This document shows positions 55,695 through 64,000 of a DNA stretch of 64,000 bases, piece after piece (the first letter of the stretch is position 1; each line of letters starts with the position of its first letter). Made by a program: the position numbers and the translations under genes. The stretch comes from Octopus vulgaris (Eukaryota). Below the pieces are notes generated by a model. That model worked only from the letters and a program-made list of their open reading frames with translations, was not told the origin of the DNA and searched no databases. The stretch covers positions 26,908,001 to 26,972,000 of the forward strand of contig OX597820.1 of assembly GCA_951406725.2 (NCBI GenBank), in the 5' to 3' direction.

Positions 55695-57819
55695 AAGATA
55701 TCAAAGCTTATAAACAACATCACACAGTTTTAAGAAGCAGTAGTATTGTCTCTATAAGAAGCTATAGTATTCTAGTAATAAACACTCCATCGTATTTTAG
55801 ATTTAAAGTCTATAAACATAACCAGCTCAACGTTTTAACAAACATAGAAAGTACTACAAAAAGTTTAATAATTTTTTTAAGGAGCTGTTAAGTGACCATG
55901 TCATCGTTTGAATGATTTCAACAGCACTGAGAACCCATTGGAAGAGGAAGGAGAGAGAGAGAGTGAGAGATAGAGAGAGAGAGGCGGCGTGCAGGCAGAA
56001 TTGTTAGTACACCGGAAAAATACTTAGCGGTATTTCGGGCAGCTTTACGTTCTGCATGCAAATTCTACCGAGATCGCATGTTTCCAGAGGTGAATTATTC
56101 AAACCCTAAAGAATTCCTTTCAACACATGGCTATGATGCTCCCACACTACTCCTGCTCATAGGGCAAAGCATTGTCCGAATTGTTAGAGCGTATTACAAA
56201 CTAATTTGCAGATTTGTTCCATCTCGTTAAGATCTGAATCAGAAACCTGGTGAGGTCAAGTTTAACCTTCATTCTACCGAGGAAGATAAAATAAATTACA
56301 CAATTAAAGTTACAGAATTAATCAACTATTCTCCTCCCACCAACATTTATGTTCTCCATAATATTTGACGTAGTATCAATAGAAGTAGTAAAAACAAAAC
56401 AAAACAAATAAATGGAATGCAATATTTCACTTCTTCCCACAATATTCTGATGTCCCACATAATTTCCTAATTAATTTCATATTGGTCTTTAACCTTCAAA
56501 GGTTACGGTTATTTAAGCCCTAATGGAAAACAACCGTCATCAAAGGTTTTCCAGTTGTAACCATTCGAGTTTCTTAAAAATCCTGAATAACATACCTTAA
56601 TGTACTCTTCTATGTTTACAGCATTAGAGAGTAATTTTGAATGAGATTTAAATCATATTTTTAGCTTATTTTATCATCCGCGTTGATGATTCTACGTTAA
56701 CAGAATTCTTTCAGGTTTGAAAGAACTCGGAGATTGTCATATAGCATTTCCATAAATTTTGTTTTGTTATATATTAAAACAACAACTCTTGTTTGTAAAA
56801 GAATTTAGTTTACTCTGTAAACACGAATAAAATAACAGTTTATACTCTATAAAATATTTTATTCTAATCATAACTAATTTAAATCTAATTAAAACGATGC
56901 AATGAATTTCCAACTCAAAATATCGGTTATTTTGAAATCTTCATCTATCCAAACTTAATTAGGAGACTGATTCAAAATAAGAGAGCTTGCCAGCAGCCAG
57001 CCTCTAATTAGCTTTTAATCTCAAATTAAACGAAACGTTAAAAAAACAAAACAAAACAACAAATGACATTTCATTCTCGGAAAACCATGGAGCAAATTAG
57101 TGAAAAATCAAAAGTTGATAGGACTGAAAATATTGAAGGAGGAGCAAAAGCAGTGTGTATTATCTCGAGATACCTGATACAAAGCAGAACCTAAAATTCC
57201 AACAATTGCTTGCTAAAGTACGTTACAAGGGTTTAAACAATAGGGGATATGTTATATGATAATGATAATAACAATAGCATCAATTGTAATAATAAAATGG
57301 GAATAATTATATATATACAAACATATGTATACGAGTTCAAGGTAAACGTCTGTATAACTGTTTGGCTTATTAGATATAGGAGTCAAATATCACACACAAG
57401 TTGCAACGTGAGGCAAATGTGGAAACAAAAATCGATAGTAAATCTAAGATAGTGAAATATTTTCGCCCTGTTATTTTCTCGTTTAGGGAAATTTTTCTAA
57501 TTATGAAAAATCAGATATACAAAAAGAGAAAGAAAAGAAAATGGAAATCTAACAAATGAAACAGAAGAGTAATCACGAAATTATTGGGGTGGATTTATAC
57601 CAGTGTTTTCTTTAGCTTTATGATTGGTTAAGATAATTTGTCTGCATAATTAAATTGGAATGACCGAAGTTAAAACGCCAACGCCGGCCATCATACACTT
57701 TCACTTTTGCTCAAACGAGGGCGCGTATTAAACGCACACATGTTATCCAAATGCGTACATATATACAAACACTCACGCAAACATCCATCCATCCATATCT
57801 ACATCTATATATATCTCTC

Positions 57820-57896
<77 letters not shown>

Positions 57897-58295
57897 ATAT
57901 AATTTTATTGGCTTCTTTAAACAAATGCATCACACATTCATCATTCACTCATCAACAATAAAGCTTCATGAACAGAAACCGCTTCGCTTTCCTATGTGTG
58001 GTTTATAAATAATGGTTACTGGAGTTTTGAACACATCGCGTATTTTTTCCAGGTAATAAGGGTAAATATCAATGAATAAATGTATGTGTAACTCATATTC
58101 TGACCTTTTCGTCATGCAATAAAATCCCAATGTATTGTTGGCTTTTAATATTTCGCTGATTTCCAAACAATACTCTCATGCTGTTTCCCTGCTTCAATCG
58201 TTCGAACAATAAAAAACGGTTCAAACTGTTGAAGCACTCGATTTTATGAATTGAGGCTTTCTTTCTGGTTTGTAAACACAAACGTCCATTTACCA

Positions 58296-58370
<75 letters not shown>

Positions 58371-58429
58371 CATACATATATTTATTTCGAATGATTTTTG
58401 CGAATGATTTCCCATTTTCGCCGCTGCTG

Positions 58430-58430
58430 T

Positions 58431-58491
<61 letters not shown>

Positions 58492-58507
58492 GCTACTGCT
58501 GCTGCTG

Positions 58508-58560
<53 letters not shown>

Positions 58561-58570
58561 GCTACTACTG

Positions 58571-58633
<63 letters not shown>

Positions 58634-58660
58634 GTAATAATGATAATGCTAGTAATAATA
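58430..58660. repeat. (CTA)n with (CTG) interruptions
   Basis: Direct inspection. Confidence 0.97.
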
Positions 58661-59041
58661 ATTGCATACATCCAAACGTTACAAGTTCAAGAAGTATCTC
58701 AATAGTCGCTCGAACTTTTGTTAGATATAGCAGTCATATATCAATCAAATCACACTCTTATGTCTTAAAAAAGAGGGGGTGGACTTATCAAATTAACACA
58801 CACACACACAAACATGTATTATGCGTGTATGTATGCGTGCGTGTTTAGTGAGAGTTGAGGGAAGTTTTAGCTTTAGTCGATGCAGATGTAAATCCTGTAA
58901 AGTCAGTGGAAATTCTCGATTTAAGACACGATCAAATTGACGTATAATAATAATATTCTGACACAAGTGACGAAGCGGAAGTTATTCTGAAATGAAAGTT
59001 TGCTTCTTTCAAGATAAACAGCCATTTTAAAAATCAAACTG

Positions 59042-59081
<40 letters not shown>

Positions 59082-60116
59082 CTGAAATGATTTGGCAAAT
59101 ATAGGTTTTGAGAACGAAATCAATTAAGAGTTTCTTCCTGTTTCACAGGCTGTTTAATCCCACCCTGCCCCAAAAATCAAAACCACAGCAAAAACAAAAT
59201 TAAAAAGAAAGAAACAGTCCAGTGCTTAAATACACTAACCCACTTACTCATATACGCAAACATTGATGTATGTATATGTGTGGACGTGACACACTTCGCC
59301 GTCGTCGCTAAGCTCTAGAACGTCTGTGGTATTCAATAATAAAGTCTCTTGTCTGATAATGACTTTGAAACATATGCTGCAATCTAGACACAAGTCACGT
59401 TAAATCGAGCCGTAACTGCTGTCAGATTGTAAACTTAACACAACGCCATTTTATGGTGTTTTGGTTGCTGTTTTTAAGTGTTAGGTATGTATAACAAAAG
59501 CTGGACTGAGTCCAAAAAAGGGATTTGCGGCTGGATACAAATTTCCAGAAATAGGCAAAAATGTTGTTTAGTCTGTAGTGAATTTATTATGAAGATTAAG
59601 ATATTTCAGTAACATTCGCTAGAGAGGAAGTTTGATAAGCTATTTTGGAATTAATTCAGATTTAATTATAAGTGAACTAATTTTAAATGCGTAGAGCGTT
59701 CTCTTTCACTCTCATTCACTTATTTATTTATTTATTTATTTGTTTATTTAAAAGCACATTAAGCAACGCTGCTGAGAAACTAGAAGGTCACGCATACTTA
59801 ATGGTTGGAGACCAACAGGATACTTGTATTCAAGGGTAGCTAATTATGTATTTATAGTACAATAACACGTTAACATTAAAGTACGAGAGAAAATCTCATG
59901 GCAAATTTGAAACTTTCCAGTCAGAACGAATTCTTAATGTTTCACATATAATAATGCAACAGTCCGAGGTTAGTAGGTTAGAGCAAAGATTACAAGGCCA
60001 GATTTGAAATGATTTTCTGAAGCTCTATTTTTTTTTTGTTATTAAGGCTAATTACTATGCTGTGTATGCTTAAGTTACACAACTTGGTCTATACTTGAAT
60101 ATCAACACACATGCAC

Positions 60117-60206
<90 letters not shown>

Positions 60207-60531
60207 TTTCGTTAAAATATCAAAAATCAGGAGAAGAGCATACCCTATAAAAATATAGAGCAGTTATGTATTTGTGTATGTGTAACGTATGTTTAGAAAA
60301 AAGCCATTGGTTTCATATCTAGCGTGAACTATACATCTCTTCAGTTTCTCTAAACAGTAACCGTTCTCAAAAGAATATTTGTTTTAAAACACAAGAACGC
60401 CGGTGATAGTTCAAGAAAGAATCCTCTTTAACAATATGGCCGGGCGAATTGTCTTCCTTCGCTTGATAGCTAGGTTTTCCAATCTGAAGTAAAAATTTCC
60501 AATGTTTTTTTTCCCCTAAACTTACGTTACG

Positions 60532-60627
<96 letters not shown>

Positions 60628-60637
60628 CATACATACA

Positions 60638-60673
<36 letters not shown>

Positions 60674-60796
60674 TATATACGTGTGTATATGTATGTATGC
60701 ATGCATTTTCATTTTTAAGTGTTGTAGATGGTAGTCACAATGAGAAAAATATAGATTGTAATACTTCTATTGGATACATCCAAATAGGATTCCGCT

Positions 60797-61075
60797 ACGT
60801 TACGGAAATGTAAACACACTAACATCAGTTGTTAAGCGATGGCGGAGACAAATATAGACCACAAAGATACTTACTGACACACACACAAACACACAGACAC
60901 ACACGCACTCACACACATACATATATATATAATATATATATATATACGACGGCTTCTTTTTCAGGTTCCGTCTACCAAATCCACTGAAAGGCTTTGGCCG
61001 GCCCGAGACTATAGTAGAAAGCACTAGCTGAAGGTGTCACGCAGTGATACTGAACCCGGAACCATGTGGCTGGGA
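60797..61075 (-). mobile_element. Partial SINE A
   Basis: Family A motifs either side of an internal microsatellite. Confidence 0.85.
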
Positions 61076-62386
61076 TTCAAAGCCTCAGATGATTTTGCTC
61101 AGCATTGATATGAAGAACGTATTGTTTTGTAAATCATTGGGTTGGGTTGTTGAGTTTAGAAATAACTACTTAATCCTGTCCTGATTAAAGATAGATAGTC
61201 TTGAGAGGATTTGAACATAATACTGCAAACCATCAAAAGAAGTAATTAACAATATTTTACAACCGTTTTTCACCACAAGGATTCTCAATATTCAGAGTAT
61301 CTCTTCTCAACTAAATAAACCCAGTTTATGTAACTTTTTAGAATCTCTACTGAAGGTATATGACCTTGAGGCTAGGTTGATCAACATAAGAACGTCGGAC
61401 TGTGATTTCGCCTTTTGGACTGAGCAACACATTGTGTCCTTGATCAAGGCGCTTTATTTCCTGTTGCAAGAGTTTACGCAGCTGCAATAGGTACCACCTG
61501 ATTTCCGGTACATCCCTCTCTCCTTCTAGACTCCTGGATAGTCTGATAGATGAAAGGTCAGTATACACATAGGGAGGCTATGATTGATCACAAAACAATT
61601 AAAGAAAGCATAGCGCATACTTACCAAGCCATACTCACTTCGAGCGACGGCTAGCTGTACTTTAATATCATTGCCAGAAACACAACAATGCTTCGATGAT
61701 AGGAAAGGAGTCTATATATTTTTTCGATTTATTTTATGTATTTACTGCGATTAGCATTATTGTCTCAGCAACAGAATTTACATTTTTAGATTCACTCGTG
61801 CCATTTCGCTGACAATAACATCTGTTAATTCGCGGCCAAGTTTTCCTCCAGCTATAGTTACAGGAAGCGTCATAAGTTGAAAAAGAAGTTATTTTCGTCT
61901 GCTTGAGTATACGCTGGAGAGAGAGAGAGGCGTCACCATTTCCAATACATATTTTCATTCAATTTTACAAACATGAAATAGGATATATTTTCGGTTCAAC
62001 TCTTAATTTGGTGAAATATTCTTTTATTATTATTACTTCAGTAATCATAAAATAATGAACAGCCACATTGTTGACTTTACCAATTACTGTTCATTAACTC
62101 TCTCTGTACGGGGAGCATGCACGCAAACACACGCAGACACATTAAAGTGACGGACAAAATATCTTACAGAATTTAGCTTGAACTCTTTGTGTTCTGCGTT
62201 CAAATCTCATCGGAGTCGATTTTAAAGTTCATATCTACTTAGTCGATAAAATGAAGTTATGTATGTATATATATATATATATATAGAAAATAGTAAAAAG
62301 TGAAAAAAACTACAGAAGGCTTGTTTTAAAAGGTTAAAAAATATATATTTGAGTCAATATGTCTGAAGGATGTTATAAATGTTTTC

Positions 62387-62441
<55 letters not shown>

Positions 62442-62739
62442 ACACACAGAAACTCACATATGTATTTTGGGAACGGGCATATACCAACAAAATCACACGT
62501 ACTGATTATGTTTTATGTTTTATTACAAATTAATTGAATAAGCAACCAGGTGATCAGTTTCCTAATCGATTAGTGTGTCAAAGTCCTTTCGTCAATCTGC
62601 CACCATATCTATAAGAATGTGTCCCCCTTTCCCCAATACAAAAGTGATGTATATATCTGTGTGTGTGTGTGCTTGCGTGCATATGTGTGTGTATGTAGTG
62701 AGAAAAAGTGAAAGAGAAAGACGGAGTAAGATAGATACA

Positions 62740-62780
<41 letters not shown>

Positions 62781-62808
62781 GAGAGAAAGAGAGAGAACTA
62801 ATGTATAC

Positions 62809-63099
62809 CCTTTACTCTTTTACTTTTTTACTTGTTTCAGTCATTTGACTGCGGCCATGCTGGAGCACCGTCTTTAGTCGAGCAAATCGACCCCAGGACT
62901 TATTCTTTGTAAGCCTATCGGTGTCTTTTGCTGAACCGCTAAGTTACGGCGACGTAAACACACCAGCATCAGTTGTCAAGCAATGTTAGGGGGACAAACA
63001 CAGACACACAAACATATACACAAACATACACATACACATATATATATTTATATATAATGTAACATATACATTATGTACATATACATACATATATATATA

Positions 63100-63172
<73 letters not shown>

Positions 63173-63323
63173 GACGGGCTTCAGTTTCCGTCTACCAAAT
63201 CCACTCACAAGGCTTTGGTCGCCCCGAGGCTATAGTAGAAGACACTTGCCCAAGGTGTCACGTAGTGGCACTGAACTCGGAACCATGTGGTTGGTAAGCC
63301 AAGCTACTTACTACACAGCCACT
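62809..63323 (-). mobile_element. Near full-length SINE A
   Basis: Head, body, compound microsatellite and tail. Confidence 0.93.
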
Positions 63324-63780
63324 TATGTTGAGGATTAATGTTAGGATAGAACAATTTGTGAAAATTTTTAATTTGGAAGAATTTATAAATTGTTTTACGA
63401 AAGAAAGTATTGCTTCTTTGTATGCAAAATTTAAGTAGGATTTTCTTCGTCATGAAACTTTAGCAACAAGGATTCCCGGTTGAGTCTTTCTATATTTCAA
63501 AGCCAGATCCATTACGAAATGTTCTTTGTTAAGTTTATTTGTATTAAGAAACTTAGGATAATCTTGTTAAAGGTGTTACATTACAAACCCTTTATGAAAG
63601 AAAGATGCGTCAGAAATTGAGTTTACGTTCTGGAATCATAGTTACAAAAATTAAAAAGTAAGAAACTGTTAGGATGCCGAGGAAAACATCAGCTGCAAGA
63701 ACAAAAAAGTGCTACAAATTTTCGGAAATTTTGAACAAGCATTTCATGCTTTTTACGATGATCTAGTATTAATATTTCGT

Positions 63781-64000
63781 GGAGGCGCAATGGCCCAGTG
63801 GTTAGGGCAGCGGATTCGCGGTCATAGGATCGCGGTTTCGATTCCCAGACCGGGCGTTGTGAGTGTTTATTGAGCGAAAACACCTAAAGCTGCACGATGC
63901 TCCAGCAGGGGATGGTGGCGAGCCCTGCTGTACTCTTTCACCACAGCTTTCTCTTACTCTTACTTCCTGTTTTCTGTTGTGCCTGTAATTCAAAGGGCCA
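63781..64000 (+). mobile_element. SINE C, runs off the window end
   Basis: tRNA-like head TGGCCCAGTGG / GGTTTCGATTCCC; matches 43271 onward. Confidence 0.9.

Noticed and set aside
56486-57238. Possible TTAA/piggyBac-like element
   Set aside because: Ends match only over a few bases; not supportable.

Overview
AT-rich, microsatellite-saturated animal DNA, almost certainly intronic or intergenic sequence from an octopus/coleoid cephalopod. That assignment is inferred from the tRNA-derived and CORE-type SINE families, which I recognise from memory. No intact host protein-coding gene can be supported, and most ORF-track entries are (TA)n/(TG)n/(TATG)n read-throughs or SINE read-throughs. Retroelements present: at least four SINE families (labelled A-D here) and decayed LINEs (CR1 clade, Rex3/Expander-type RTE, an R4/Dong-like deletion derivative, Penelope-like pLTR fragments). 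DNA and rolling-circle elements present: two mariners, hAT and Tigger MITEs, a hAT transposase remnant, two Helitrons and a Helentron/DINE-1-like element. Most notable observations: (1) a SINE with two alternative 3' tails, whose internal module behaves as an independent LINE-recognition tail; (2) hammerhead-ribozyme-like cores with non-canonical bases and long hairpins in Penelope-like fragments inside (TA)n; (3) a SINE whose internal microsatellite acts as a landing pad for other elements; (4) a 90-bp minisatellite derived from a LINE ORF; (5) weak candidate micro-exons of a possible minus-strand gene. All coordinates were read by eye, and edges of degenerate elements are approximate.
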